IMG/VR virus record: IMGVR_UViG_3300032237_000117
Location: 1-39,210 of that record
From: a virus
Lineage: Duplodnaviria > Caudoviricetes
DNA length: 39,210 nucleotides
Reading direction: 5' to 3' (one strand)
The translations under genes and the position numbers were made by a program. Positions 24,488 through 34,857 of the stretch are shown piece by piece (within the stretch, counting starts at the first letter, position 1; every line of letters begins with the position of its first letter). The notes under the pieces are model-generated. The model searched no databases, was not told the DNA's origin, and saw nothing but the letters and a program-made list of their open reading frames with translations.

Positions 24488-25519
24488 TTAGTCAAGCCAC
24501 ACTTTATAGACAGCGGTAACTCTCCCTTTTATTGGATCAATGAAGTGAAGCCTTTGAGAAGGTGTTGCGCTGGCTGCGAGCATAATTCCTGCATAGCGGT
24601 TGTCTGACTCTGTTGATCCTGTTTGATAAACAGATCCTTGTCCGTTAGCCATAGCCCACTCAGAATGCGTGTGATAGTGTCCAATGTAAACATCTCTGAA
24701 CTCCCAAGGATATGAACCTGATCTCCATTTGTTTGCGTGTTGCACGATAGCACCTGGGCTAGCAAATCCGTTACGCCCCACTTCATCGCCGTGAATAAGC
24801 AGCGCCCGATATGCGCCAATCTCAACGCGCTGTATATCTTCAGGACAATCTTGCCACGTCAGCCGCTTTTCCCCCTGAAGCAACTGACGGGCAAGTTCGT
24901 AGCACATGCGATCAAAGTTATCTGACCGCGGCACATTGTCGCGCTTAGATCCAATTCTGCCGTGATTACCCCACTCAGCAATCACTGTTACTTTTTCGTA
25001 ATTGGCAAGCGCAAATCGCACTACATCTACGCAAAGTCTTGAAACATTTACATACTGCTCAAACAGCGTCGCATCTACTTCAAACGCTTGCGTGGGGAAG
25101 TTAAATAAACCTTCAACCATGTCGCCGCCAAAACATATTGTTACATCTTTAACTGGGTGATCTGCTCTCTGGATCTCCGTAATACGTACTGCTTTTTCTG
25201 CAAACTCCATAACGCGCCGTCTCATAACTTGGCTGTTGTATGACGTGGTTTGTTTTGCGCCTTGCCAGTCAGTCATGTGCCACAAAGCAACTTCGCCTTT
25301 TGTCTTGCGCTTATCCTGTGCCGGAATTTGAACAGGCTGCACCTTGCCCATGGTTAGCATCGCGTCGTATGCCGCCTGCTGAGTCGTATCAACTAAATCC
25401 TGCGTACGCTCTTTTGCTTGGCGTAATTGTTTCTGCATACGCATGAGCGCTTGACGTAACTCTTTAATGTCTTGGCTTTCAGGTTCAGGCATACTGTCTA
25501 ATTGATCTTTAAGGCTCAT
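24488..25519 (-). CDS. Calcineurin-like metallophosphoesterase with N-terminal coiled coil
   Basis: TDWQ, GGDMVEG, GNHG, HGD and GHYH motifs. Confidence 0.85.
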   Translation of the reverse strand: MSLKDQLDSMPEPESQDIKELRQALMRMQKQLRQAKERTQDLVDTTQQAAYDAMLTMGKVQPVQIPAQDKRKTKGEVALWHMTDWQGAKQTTSYNSQVMRRRVMEFAEKAVRITEIQRADHPVKDVTICFGGDMVEGLFNFPTQAFEVDATLFEQYVNVSRLCVDVVRFALANYEKVTVIAEWGNHGRIGSKRDNVPRSDNFDRMCYELARQLLQGEKRLTWQDCPEDIQRVEIGAYRALLIHGDEVGRNGFASPGAIVQHANKWRSGSYPWEFRDVYIGHYHTHSEWAMANGQGSVYQTGSTESDNRYAGIMLAASATPSQRLHFIDPIKGRVTAVYKVWLD

Positions 25520-25772
25520 CGGTCATCGCAATCTCTTGTCCGTGTTGCGTATAGCCCTGCTTGTCTAACCAACTATCTTCATGCGCAGGATTTACGGAAC
25601 ATCTAATGGTCTTAAAAAAGTCCATCATCAAAGCAACCTTCCAAGCGGGTATATCGTCAATACCTAAAATTGCACCCCAACCGCGCCCTGTTTGAGCAAA
25701 GTTAGCGTGTGCGCTTCCGTATTCGTTATCCCTGTCGTTTAGGATCTCCGTTACTTTGTCGCGCATTTGCAC
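25509..25772 (-). CDS. DUF6378-like phage protein
   Basis: DRDNEYGSAHANF...W...VALMM...K..R...HEDSWLDKQGY. Confidence 0.75.
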   Translation of the reverse strand: MQMRDKVTEILNDRDNEYGSAHANFAQTGRGWGAILGIDDIPAWKVALMMDFFKTIRCSVNPAHEDSWLDKQGYTQHGQEIAMTDEP

Positions 25773-25982
25773 TTGCCTTGCCTGTGAACATTGAAAGAAG
25801 GTTCGCCAATTTTGTAACCCTCTTCACGAAGTGCAGCAACCAAGGTCATTGTTGGAGTTCCTTTTTCAATTGCTTCAAGTAAGGTTGCTTGATCGTCTGG
25901 GTTTAACTTATCTATCATTCGCCCAAGCGGGCATTTTTCAATAACAAACGCGTGTTTCTTGATATTGTCTTTTAACGACATA
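25751..25982 (-). CDS. Hypothetical protein (C...H..G.C.C, possible Zn binding)
   Basis: Start MSLKD with SD AGGAGG. Confidence 0.65.
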
Positions 25983-26033
25983 TTGCCTCCTTGTCGTAAG
26001 GATAGCAAGAAAAACAAAAACAAGCACCAATGC

Positions 26034-26068
26034 AAAAGCCTTCATTGCTTCCCACGTCAATGAAGGCT
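26034..26068 (-). terminator. Intrinsic terminator after the lysis cassette
   Basis: 11-bp stem AGCCTTCATTG/CAATGAAGGCT followed by T-rich sequence on the minus strand. Confidence 0.7.
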
Positions 26069-26093
26069 GTTGCTATTAAGTTGTGATTGAACC

Positions 26094-26351
26094 CTACTTG
26101 GTTTTCTTTGCTGGCGCTTTCTTTGCTGATTTCTTAGCCAACTTGTCTATTTCAATATCAGCGATATCTGCTACAACGCCAAACGCAGGATCTTTGCTAT
26201 CCATAGCGCGTAAAGCAGGGCTAATAACGCCAGCGCAAATCGCTACGACATAAGCCCAAACGTCAGTATTGTGAATTGTGATTAGTGGGGTGATTGCGAC
26301 AATGACGCCGCGAAGGTATGACTTGAGTACGGATTTCAAGATTGAGTCCAT
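26094..26351 (-). CDS. Holin-like membrane protein
   Basis: Two hydrophobic segments and a basic C-terminus; follows the endolysin. Confidence 0.6.
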   Translation of the reverse strand: MDSILKSVLKSYLRGVIVAITPLITIHNTDVWAYVVAICAGVISPALRAMDSKDPAFGVVADIADIEIDKLAKKSAKKAPAKKTK

Positions 26352-26371
26352 GTTCTGTCCTTCCTAGTCGG

Positions 26372-26827
26372 TTATGGTCTCGCAACACCCATTATGAGGG
26401 AGTATGCGCGTTTCTTCAAATATACGCCGTCACCGTTGGACTGAGATCCTTTGGTGTCGCCTGACGTGTTGCCCTCATATACCCATAGATATTTCTTGCC
26501 GTCATTCTTGGCGACAATACCTACGTGGTCTGGTTGAGCGTCTGCGTCAAATTGAAAGAAACATATATCGCCTGCCTGAGCCTGACCAACTGGTACAAGA
26601 CTGTTGTTTTTAGTAAACCATTTTAAGCCTGCGTCGCAAGAGGCAAATCCTTTTTTGGTTTGCGCTGCCACCAAGCGACTGTAACCTGCCTGATCAAAAC
26701 ACCAAGATACAAACATGGCGCACCAAGGCTGATTGTTAAGCCCGTACCATTTCCCGTACATAGTGTCGTTATTGCCTGTCTCTTGATAACCTACTTGAGA
26801 CTTTGCGATTGCTACTACATCTATCAT
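26372..26827 (-). CDS. Endolysin, CHAP domain
   Basis: PWCAMFVSW (catalytic Cys), HVGIV (His), EGNT. Confidence 0.9.
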   Translation of the reverse strand: MIDVVAIAKSQVGYQETGNNDTMYGKWYGLNNQPWCAMFVSWCFDQAGYSRLVAAQTKKGFASCDAGLKWFTKNNSLVPVGQAQAGDICFFQFDADAQPDHVGIVAKNDGKKYLWVYEGNTSGDTKGSQSNGDGVYLKKRAYSLIMGVARP

Positions 26828-27042
26828 TTGCGCTCCAATAGCAGTTCATAAATTGAGTCCACGCGCGCTTCCAAGCGCTTGATTGTGTCGCCTTGTCTGG
26901 TTTGTTCATCGCGCAAACTAGATCCGCCGTTGGGCTTGAGTTCAGACAAGTAATGCTTAGTTAGAAATCTTACGGCTACTGAAAGAGATCCCAACAATGT
27001 TGATATCGCTACGGCTAAGCCAGCCCAGTCTGCTGCGGTCAT
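26824..27042 (-). CDS. Small membrane protein of the lysis module
   Basis: N-terminal TM helix, ELKPNGGSSLRD motif, coiled coil. Confidence 0.65.
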   Translation of the reverse strand: MTAADWAGLAVAISTLLGSLSVAVRFLTKHYLSELKPNGGSSLRDEQTRQGDTIKRLEARVDSIYELLLERK

Positions 27043-27050
27043 CACATTCC

Positions 27051-27266
27051 TTATGTCCAAGTAAGAACACGGACAGCGCCAAACTTGTCCACGATCTTTG
27101 CCTGATTAGTAGTCGTGTTCAGCCACGCGTCACCGATACGTGGATTACTAGGATCTGATGTTACAGCAGGGAAGGTAAATCTTACGGCTGTTTCTAACTT
27201 GCGTAATCTTGTATCAAGATCCGCAAATATATCTTTGAGGTTGGGTGTTTGATTTATGTATCCCAT
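27051..27266 (-). CDS. Small tail-associated protein
   Basis: DPSNPRIGDAWLNTT motif typical of tail proteins. Confidence 0.55.
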   Translation of the reverse strand: MGYINQTPNLKDIFADLDTRLRKLETAVRFTFPAVTSDPSNPRIGDAWLNTTTNQAKIVDKFGAVRVLTWT

Positions 27267-27268
27267 AA

Positions 27269-28366
27269 TTACACCCCTGTTCCAGTAGTCAAAGTCAATG
27301 TTACGCGCTCTGGACCATTCTCACCTGGGGCTACGTTAAAAGCAACAATGCGGTAAATCGCGTCAAGTCCTGACGGGAAGCGGTTGTCTTTAATGATTAC
27401 TCGCGCATCGTCGCCAATCTTGTATGTACCAAAAGTAGGGTTTTCATAAGGCGGTACTGTAATTTTTAGCGTGGTTGGCGGATAAGATACGGCTGCAACC
27501 TGACCGCTTGCTAATCCTGCTAGCAGCGTTGCGTCTGTTACATCAGAGTAGTTAGCCTGCTCTTCAAGCAGCGGCCAACCAGCGCTTACCTTTGTAGCGT
27601 CTGTTGCCGTAGATATTAACTTGCCTTCATTTGATCCAGCGCCAAGCGCGTAAACTGTGTTGGCTGCGATAGATCCATCTTCAGGGTAATTGTATTCAAC
27701 TACGTTACCCGCAGGGAATTCAAATACAGGCGCAGTGTAACTGGTTGCAGAGTACGCAGTTCCAGCGCGCGGATAAGACAACAACAAAGTCTTGGTTGGA
27801 TTGCCGCCGCCGTCATAAGCCACTTCAATGTTCATATCAAAGCCGTTTGTTTGACGTGAAAGATCCTGCAACGCTGGATACACGCCCTTTAATTCGTAGG
27901 CATAGTAAGTACGACTGACTAAAACGCCTGACGTGTTTGACGGAACAATAACTCCAATATTACCGCCTGTTACCGATTGAGCGTCATTGACTAAAGTTTG
28001 AGTAATAGTAAGTTGATCTGTGTTTGTAAATACCCGTGTTGTTGTTATTCGTCTGCGCTCAAAATATGACTCAAATTCTCTCGCTTGGAAGGTAAGCGTT
28101 TGTCCTGTGCTGTCGTATTCGCGCCCCCAAAGCACGCCACCCCAAACCAATACGCCATTACGATCTACGTAAACTGCGGTGCGTCCTGGGATTGTTCCGT
28201 TGGCTACATTGAGTCCAGACGCGTTCACGCCAGACAGCAACAAGTGTCCTGTGAAAGTTCCCGCCGAATTGAGTTGTTGGGTGAAATTGACGCCCGTAAT
28301 AGGAAGTTCAGCAAGAATACTGTTGGTTCTTAAATCGGCAAATAAGTATCGGTATGAAGTAGCCAT
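27269..28366 (-). CDS. Minor tail protein (baseplate hub/Tal-like)
   Basis: Size, position and YVDRNGVLVWGG motif of actinophage minor tail proteins. Confidence 0.75.
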   Translation of the reverse strand: MATSYRYLFADLRTNSILAELPITGVNFTQQLNSAGTFTGHLLLSGVNASGLNVANGTIPGRTAVYVDRNGVLVWGGVLWGREYDSTGQTLTFQAREFESYFERRRITTTRVFTNTDQLTITQTLVNDAQSVTGGNIGVIVPSNTSGVLVSRTYYAYELKGVYPALQDLSRQTNGFDMNIEVAYDGGGNPTKTLLLSYPRAGTAYSATSYTAPVFEFPAGNVVEYNYPEDGSIAANTVYALGAGSNEGKLISTATDATKVSAGWPLLEEQANYSDVTDATLLAGLASGQVAAVSYPPTTLKITVPPYENPTFGTYKIGDDARVIIKDNRFPSGLDAIYRIVAFNVAPGENGPERVTLTLTTGTGV

Positions 28367-28719
28367 TAGATACCCTCAGTTGTTTTTATTTCTTTCCAAC
28401 AAATTGCTTGTTCATCCCAAGTATAATTTTTGCCGTCTGAAGGATAAATTGTTGGCGCTTCCCAAATTGATCCATTGCGAGTCCAAGACGCAAAAGGTTG
28501 AGGTGTTACAAATATGTCCTCTGTTTCGTTATACAAAAAACCAATACCCGCGTATATACCGCGAATACGATTATTGTAAGAAGTGCGAACGCACTTTTGT
28601 CCTCTAAAATTTCCGTACCAAGTTTCAGGATCAAGTCCTTCAATTAATTCAGTTTCATCAATGCCAACAATGACTTCGGTGACAATGTTATTTTTATCTA
28701 AAAACGCGTAGTGTGCCAT
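28366..28719 (-). CDS. Tail-fibre-associated hypothetical protein
   Basis: MAHYAFLD...RTSYN..IR..YAGIG...PQPFASW family, typically adjacent to Gly-rich fibres. Confidence 0.65.
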   Translation of the reverse strand: MAHYAFLDKNNIVTEVIVGIDETELIEGLDPETWYGNFRGQKCVRTSYNNRIRGIYAGIGFLYNETEDIFVTPQPFASWTRNGSIWEAPTIYPSDGKNYTWDEQAICWKEIKTTEGI

Positions 28720-29645
28720 TACGCCCAACTCACATTTCCTGTGCCAGCAGTAAATCTTTTGTAAGAATAAGATCCGTCTGTACCTGTTGCGTCAGCGGTC
28801 AATCCTCCGCCAACTGTAATTGTTCCAGAAGCAGTTAGCCAGCGCAAAATAACCACGCCTGAACCGCCAGATCCTCCAGCGGCGTCGGCAAAACCACCTC
28901 CGCCGCCACCGCCACCCGTATTTGCAGTTGATGAAGAACCTGCGCTTGAACCAGTTCCGCCGCTGGCGCCACCGCCTGTGCCGCCAGAACCTGCGCCAGT
29001 ACTTCCGCAACCGCCGCCGCCGCCGCCGCGAGTCACAGAAACTCCAGTAATAAGTGTTGCTCTACCTGCACCGCCGCTGCCGCCAGTTCCGCTTGATGAA
29101 ACTGCGCTTCCATTGTTTCCAACAGCGGCAGCACCGCCGCCGCCGCCGCCTGCACTACCAGAAAATCCACCGCTACCCGTACCGTTGCCGCCAGCAAAAC
29201 CTTGACCTGAAGGTGAGGCAGCGCCAGGAGAGCCAGTTCCAGAATTGCCGTCAGCGCCGCCGCCGCCGCCCGAACCGCCTGCTGAACCGCTAGTTCCGTT
29301 TGTAGGATTAGAACCACCTGTGCCGCCACCTGTTGAAGTAATTGTAGCAAACACAGAGTTTGATCCATTTGTACCGCTACCGCCGCCGCCGCCTACCGTG
29401 ACAGTGTAATTTGTACTTGGCAACAAAACCAAAGCAGTTTCTAATGCGCCGCTGCCGCCAGTTCCCGTCACGGTGCAACGATAGCCACCTCCGCCGCCTC
29501 CGCCGCCCGAACCTCCGCCGCCACCTGTGCGCCCACCAGCCCCGCCAGCAAGAACAAGGTAATCAACGGTAATTGGAGATTTGCCAGAAGTAAAACCATA
29601 AGCCTTTGCGGATAAACCGCCTGCTGCTCCAAGTATTGGACTCAT
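28719..29645 (-). CDS. Glycine-rich tail/fibre protein
   Basis: VDYLVLAGG...GGGGG...GGSGVVILR. Confidence 0.75.
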   Translation of the reverse strand: MSPILGAAGGLSAKAYGFTSGKSPITVDYLVLAGGAGGRTGGGGGSGGGGGGGGYRCTVTGTGGSGALETALVLLPSTNYTVTVGGGGGSGTNGSNSVFATITSTGGGTGGSNPTNGTSGSAGGSGGGGGADGNSGTGSPGAASPSGQGFAGGNGTGSGGFSGSAGGGGGGAAAVGNNGSAVSSSGTGGSGGAGRATLITGVSVTRGGGGGGCGSTGAGSGGTGGGASGGTGSSAGSSSTANTGGGGGGGGFADAAGGSGGSGVVILRWLTASGTITVGGGLTADATGTDGSYSYKRFTAGTGNVSWA

Positions 29646-29654
29646 GCCGCCTCC

Positions 29655-30581
29655 TTACGCGAATTTAGTTTGCGATGTAAAAACTGTATAAGTTGGAGTT
29701 GCTGCTGTTTTGACCACTGTGTACACATAAGCATCAATGCTTGAAGCATTACCAGATGAATAAGCAGTTCCACCTTGATACTTCGGCGTTACCGCAGATC
29801 CGTCAATTTGTAGTGCGTTATTGTAGTAAGCGGTTGCTCCGTTTGTATTTAGAAAAGTTACAGTAATTGCGTCGCCTACGGCAAGAATTGAACTGAGCGT
29901 AGCCGTTGCGCTTGCGCGTATATTCAAAGTCCAGTTGGCGCTTGCGTTTGTTGTGTAATAAAGAACGCCTTGAGTTGAAGCGTCATAGTTAATTGTTCCT
30001 GTTGCGGCTGTCGCTGAAACTGTTGTGCGTTCCTCTGGAGAAATAAGTGTTTTACTTGATAACGCTTGCACGCCAGTAGGCGTTACAAAAGAGGTTGAGG
30101 ACAAAGTTCTAGTATCAGTTATATTAGCCGTAAGAATAGATGTAACCGAAGTTCCAACCAAGATTGTCGCTAGTGAAATTGAGTTTGTGGGAATTGCTGG
30201 TGCGGTAGGAGACGCGGCTGGCGTTCCCGCTAGTACTTGAAACGCAACCTGATTAAGCGTTCCCGTGTAATAAGAGTCAGATACAGTCATAACAATACGG
30301 TCAATACGCGGGTTTGAACCGCTTGCCGTAGTGATAGTTAAGTTTTGAACAGCGTCATTGTAGGCTACGTATGCTCCCATGTTGGTAGCGTAATCTCCAA
30401 CAATTGCAGCCCAACCAATCGCTACGTTCACGCTCATATTTGGAGTTCCGTTTTGCGTGACCGCTAAATCGGTGGAACCAAGAATGCCCGTTGTACGCCA
30501 TAAACCTTGAGTAGTAAGGCGGTCATTTTCAGCAGGGTGAGATGCGTTCTGCTGCCAACTTGGGGGTGTACGTAATACCAT
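29655..30581 (-). CDS. Minor tail protein / receptor-binding candidate
   Basis: NPRIDRIV...P..SISLA.I.V N-terminal domain; beta-rich C-terminal domain. Confidence 0.7.
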   Translation of the reverse strand: MVLRTPPSWQQNASHPAENDRLTTQGLWRTTGILGSTDLAVTQNGTPNMSVNVAIGWAAIVGDYATNMGAYVAYNDAVQNLTITTASGSNPRIDRIVMTVSDSYYTGTLNQVAFQVLAGTPAASPTAPAIPTNSISLATILVGTSVTSILTANITDTRTLSSTSFVTPTGVQALSSKTLISPEERTTVSATAATGTINYDASTQGVLYYTTNASANWTLNIRASATATLSSILAVGDAITVTFLNTNGATAYYNNALQIDGSAVTPKYQGGTAYSSGNASSIDAYVYTVVKTAATPTYTVFTSQTKFA

Positions 30582-30590
30582 TGTTTCTCC

Positions 30591-31703
30591 TTAGATGAAC
30601 GCTGAACGCCAAGATACAGTAGCAGCAGTCGTGCCTGCAAGTGTACCCGAACCAGTTAGATAGAAAGAGTTATTACCAGGCGCAGCGCCGTACCAAGTTG
30701 AAGTTCCTGCTACTAAATTGCGAGCCGCAGCACCGTTTACTGTAATCAATTTAGAGTCAAGATCAATAACCACGCTATCGGTGTTGGAGTACGATCCTGT
30801 AACTGTAATATAATTGCCTGTTGTTGAGTTACCTACTGTGGGGTTCAATATTGGACCATTTAAGGTAATTACGGGATAAGTGGTTGCCCAGCCATTATTA
30901 GTCACGGTTGTTGTAGCGCCTGATGAACCATATCCGTAAACAAGATTGTAAATACGATTGTAAGTACGCCCCAAAGCGTTAGATACGGTTAATGAAGCGG
31001 TCTGAAGTGTGTCGTTATATACGCGTGGATCTGGACAAAAAAATGTGTAACTTGATTTGATGTAACCAAAAGTATATTCAGGGTCTAATGAAGTCATATT
31101 GCCGCGTACGCGCGCATTGACTCTTTGAAGCACGTCAGATCCGCTTAATTGGAATTGCAACGGGGTAGTGCCTGTCGTCTGAGGTAGGAGTGCGCGCTGA
31201 AGTAGATTGTAGTTAGCCTGAGCGCTTGAACTCATGGTCATTGTTCCGCCAGAAGTCCGAGTATCCGTCAAAACAACAGCCAGCGTAAATTGGGTGGTAG
31301 ATGTAACAGTACAAGCCAAGTTTGTCTGGTTAAACCCAGTTCCTGCTGTTCCTGAAGGGTTGCCCGTAGAGATAACGCCAGTTATTGTAACTTTTTGTCC
31401 AGTTACAAGCCCGTGTGCGGTTGAAGTCGTATAAGTGATAACGCTTGTACCAGTTGCAGAAGCGGCTGAAATAGACGCTGTGCTGCTGCTAGCCAAAGTA
31501 ACGATAGACATAGTAATTGTGCGACCAGCCAAGAAGTCATTACCAGAGAACATTCCGTCTGAGTAGCCTCTGTTGTCGTCTTGGTTACGTATCGCAGGAA
31601 GTGCCTCAAGCCCTTGAACATCGGATATTGGGTGCGCAGATCCCGCACCAAACACGTAATCGTTCCAAGCGAAAGAGTAATTACTTAATGAAGTTACGGT
31701 CAC
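30591..31703 (-). CDS. Distal tail (Dit)-like protein with inserted beta domain
   Basis: Follows the tape measure; FFCPDPRVY and PGNNSF Dit motifs; insert TTSTAHGLVTGQKVTITGV. Confidence 0.7.
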   Translation of the reverse strand: MTVTSLSNYSFAWNDYVFGAGSAHPISDVQGLEALPAIRNQDDNRGYSDGMFSGNDFLAGRTITMSIVTLASSSTASISAASATGTSVITYTTSTAHGLVTGQKVTITGVISTGNPSGTAGTGFNQTNLACTVTSTTQFTLAVVLTDTRTSGGTMTMSSSAQANYNLLQRALLPQTTGTTPLQFQLSGSDVLQRVNARVRGNMTSLDPEYTFGYIKSSYTFFCPDPRVYNDTLQTASLTVSNALGRTYNRIYNLVYGYGSSGATTTVTNNGWATTYPVITLNGPILNPTVGNSTTGNYITVTGSYSNTDSVVIDLDSKLITVNGAAARNLVAGTSTWYGAAPGNNSFYLTGSGTLAGTTAATVSWRSAFI

Positions 31704-34195
31704 AATAAAGCCTGACTCTGCGCGTATCTCATACCGATACTTCCAACTGAACCAAATTTAATAGCGCTCACAGTAGCAGAGGTTATGTCGGCTGCGCTGG
31801 TTTGTCCGTTAATGTTATTGGTCTGTTTAATTACAATTTGCGGATTGTCGTTTTGAGCAAAAGGATTTTCTGTTGCTCCGCCCCCAAGTGGAGTAACACC
31901 AGCAAGATAAGGCGCGGCAGGAGATCCCGCCGTGATAGATACGGCTGCACTCTTGCCTGAAAGTTCTGCAATTTTAGCGGCTGTTTTAGCCAATTCATCT
32001 TGAAGTGTTTTTAACTTATCCATTGTGTCTTTTTCAAGTTCGGTAATGGCTGCGTTGAAATCTGCTTGCGCTTCAAGTAAAGCGTCTTTCAAATTGGTCG
32101 CTTCTTCATCAAGCGCTGCGCGCAAGTTTGAGTTAATGTTGCTTAAAGTATCTTCAAGTTGAACCGCGACATTGTTGTACTCGTCCATAAGTTCTTGAGT
32201 AGCAAAACTTGTTGATGTACTCATCTGCTCAGCGAGCGCGTCAAGTCCGTATTTGCTTACATCCTCAAGCCCGTAAAACACTTCTTTTAGCCCAGCCTGA
32301 ACTTCTGGAGATGAACTCAGTATCGCAGCAGCCATTTCTGACCCTACTCCTGGTCCATTTTTTACTATCTCTTGAATAAAAGTCTGTGAAAATCCTGCTG
32401 ATGCTAACGCGTACGCTTGGTCTTTCAATCTCTTAATAGAAGCAAACTTGCCTTTCATCATACTTAAAAGATTTGCCCCTGATTTGTCTGTGTCCTTAAA
32501 CATCTCAGCAAGATCAAACGCCGCGCCAGTGGCAAACGCGTTGCGCAGCATGTCTTGACCTTTTGCGATAATGTTTATTCGGTCATTTGCGGCTTTTATT
32601 TCCGCAGCGTTGCGATCTTCAAACGCTTTGTTTTCAAGCGCTGCAACCTTTTTGGCTGAGTCAGCCTTGAGTTTAAGTACCTTGTCGTCGTAAGCGGCTG
32701 TAATCTTGACGCGCTTCTCGCCTGAGTCGGATATAACTTTATCCATTTTGTCGTATGTCTTTTGAACATCGTCGTATAGTTTGGCGAGCGCATCTGCTTT
32801 TTTCTTTGCAGCAGCAGCAATTTCTTTCGCTGTCGCTTTACCGCCGCCACCGCCGCCGCCACCGCCGTTTGCGACTGATTTGGAGTCAAACGCAGATCCA
32901 GACAAACCAAGCGCTGCATTACTTGTGCTTTGAGCCTGTTTGACCTTGCCTACGTTCAAAGCAAATTCTTTCATATTGTCTGAAGCGCCGCGTATGGCTT
33001 TTGCTACGCCGTCAAATTTGCTTCCAATGCCAGGGATCTTGCTTGCCGCTTCAAATACAGTAGCAATAGCGCCGATGAATTGACCAAGCGCTCCAACCAT
33101 AGCCGAGAATATTGTGTTGATTGCTTTTCTGAACGCGTCGCTGCGCTTGTATAGTTCGTACAAACCAACAGCAACTGCACCGATAGCAATAGCAATAGCA
33201 ACAAACGGGTTGATCGCTAAAACAGCGTTCAAAGTAGCCGTAGCAATTTTTGCAGCATTGACCGCCAGCGTATAAACGCCCCAACCAGCGGCAAACGCAA
33301 GTACAGCAATAGTAAATACCTTCACGTCATCGCCGTGTTTAGCAAGCAAGTTACCAAACGCCGCTAGTCCAGAAATAAGTGGTTTCATAATTAGCAAGAT
33401 TGCTTGGAACACGGGAAGCAATCCAGCGCCCAAAGCCGCTTTTGCGTTCTCCATTTGCGCCTGAAGGATCTTCATTGTGTTGGCAGTACCGCTTGATGTG
33501 CGCTCAAAGTCTCCCTGAGCCAATTTTGTTTGTTCCATTACCAGCGCGTATGTAACTTGAGCCTTGATCGCTGGATCCATAGCGCCCTTGATCTCACCAA
33601 AGCCCATAGCCATAGCCTTGTTCTTGAGAGTTACATCGTTGAGTGCTACGCCAAATCTCTTCAATGGTTCTGTCTCGCCCGATAGCCCAGAGCGCAGCGC
33701 GTTGATAGCATCTTCAACGGAAGTGTTGTTGAAGGAAGCGAGATCGCCAGCCAATTTAACAAGCGTGGTGGACATTTCAGTTGCTTTACCTTGACCCACG
33801 CCAAACGCTTGAAAGAGATTGCCGTATGTACCAGCGGCTTCAATCGCTGCTTGCTTTGATATACCGATACTTGTAGCCGACTTGTTACCAAATTGTTCAA
33901 CCGCGTCTGCGTTTTCGCCAAACACTACGTGCATTTTAGAAAGCGACTCGTTCATATTGCTTGCCGCCATAACAACATCTTTGCCAAATTGAACCACTTG
34001 GGTTGCAGCAAAAGCCACGCCCATAGCGCCCGCCATACGCTTAGCATTAGCAATCATATTGCTCATGCCTGTTGAGGCTGTTTTGACTGATCCATCTAAG
34101 CCCTTGACGCTTGCTTCAGCCTGAGCCATACCTGCTTTAAGTTGAGCAACATCGGCTTGGATCTGAACCAAAATTGGGGGAATTGCGCTCGCCAT
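31700..34195 (-). CDS. Tape measure protein
   Basis: 831 aa, Ala-rich helical, GETEPLKRFGV motif, hydrophobic central region. Confidence 0.9.
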   Translation of the reverse strand: MASAIPPILVQIQADVAQLKAGMAQAEASVKGLDGSVKTASTGMSNMIANAKRMAGAMGVAFAATQVVQFGKDVVMAASNMNESLSKMHVVFGENADAVEQFGNKSATSIGISKQAAIEAAGTYGNLFQAFGVGQGKATEMSTTLVKLAGDLASFNNTSVEDAINALRSGLSGETEPLKRFGVALNDVTLKNKAMAMGFGEIKGAMDPAIKAQVTYALVMEQTKLAQGDFERTSSGTANTMKILQAQMENAKAALGAGLLPVFQAILLIMKPLISGLAAFGNLLAKHGDDVKVFTIAVLAFAAGWGVYTLAVNAAKIATATLNAVLAINPFVAIAIAIGAVAVGLYELYKRSDAFRKAINTIFSAMVGALGQFIGAIATVFEAASKIPGIGSKFDGVAKAIRGASDNMKEFALNVGKVKQAQSTSNAALGLSGSAFDSKSVANGGGGGGGGGKATAKEIAAAAKKKADALAKLYDDVQKTYDKMDKVISDSGEKRVKITAAYDDKVLKLKADSAKKVAALENKAFEDRNAAEIKAANDRINIIAKGQDMLRNAFATGAAFDLAEMFKDTDKSGANLLSMMKGKFASIKRLKDQAYALASAGFSQTFIQEIVKNGPGVGSEMAAAILSSSPEVQAGLKEVFYGLEDVSKYGLDALAEQMSTSTSFATQELMDEYNNVAVQLEDTLSNINSNLRAALDEEATNLKDALLEAQADFNAAITELEKDTMDKLKTLQDELAKTAAKIAELSGKSAAVSITAGSPAAPYLAGVTPLGGGATENPFAQNDNPQIVIKQTNNINGQTSAADITSATVSAIKFGSVGSIGMRYAQSQALL

Positions 34196-34196
34196 G

Positions 34197-34640
34197 CTAT
34201 CCCCTCACTACTTTAATAAAAGCCGCAGTAAATATACGGCTAAGTGTACCGTTCTTGGACAAACTATCCGCCGCTGGCGTTAAATAAGGGAACTTTACGC
34301 CACTTTTCCAGACAGGATTACCTAATTCAATAGCGCGCGCATACTCAGCGCCAGATCCGATTACCGCGCTGTAACTTTTGAAACCTTTGATTGGTCGCTC
34401 AGCCCTAATGTTATTTACAAGGTTGCCTGTAACTACGTTTGGACCTTCACCAGTGCGTGGTCCAATGTGCGGTTGTCCAGCCGCGTGAGATCCTGTATTT
34501 GCGTTTGTTTTTGCTTGACCTTCAATGGCTAGTGCAGCCTGCCAAGTAGCAGTTAAAGCGGCAGCGTCAATTCGTTCATCAGTGATATCAAAACCTTTTA
34601 ACACTTCAGCAAGGTTTGTAACACTTATGCGACCACTCAT
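34197..34640 (-). CDS. HK97 gp10-like tail completion protein
   Basis: TGNLVNNI...EYARAIELG...PYLTPA; start MSGRIS. Confidence 0.75.
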   Translation of the reverse strand: MSGRISVTNLAEVLKGFDITDERIDAAALTATWQAALAIEGQAKTNANTGSHAAGQPHIGPRTGEGPNVVTGNLVNNIRAERPIKGFKSYSAVIGSGAEYARAIELGNPVWKSGVKFPYLTPAADSLSKNGTLSRIFTAAFIKVVRG

Positions 34641-34857
34641 GTGTCCAGCCGTTCTGCCCTCACCTTGTCTATGGTAGTACCAATCGCCAACAACCAATCG
34701 GCTGTTGTGGCGGGCAAATCATCTACCTGATCTGGCGTCCAGCCAAAGCGATCAGCCATTTGATAGTAAAACCATTGTTCATCAGGATAGTCAAAGTCAG
34801 TATGTCTATGACCGCCCTCAAGCAAAAACTTTAGGCGTTGGAGTCGCCTGTAATCGC
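34637..34857 (-). CDS. Tail assembly chaperone, frameshifted extension (gpGT-like)
   Basis: Open -1 frame from the slippery site to 34637; MADRFGWTPDQVDDLP. Confidence 0.65.

Noticed and set aside
28719-29645. GCC/CCG-rich repeats and overlapping Pro/Arg-rich ORFs
   Set aside because: Explained by poly-Gly codons of the minus-strand gene; the other frames are shadows
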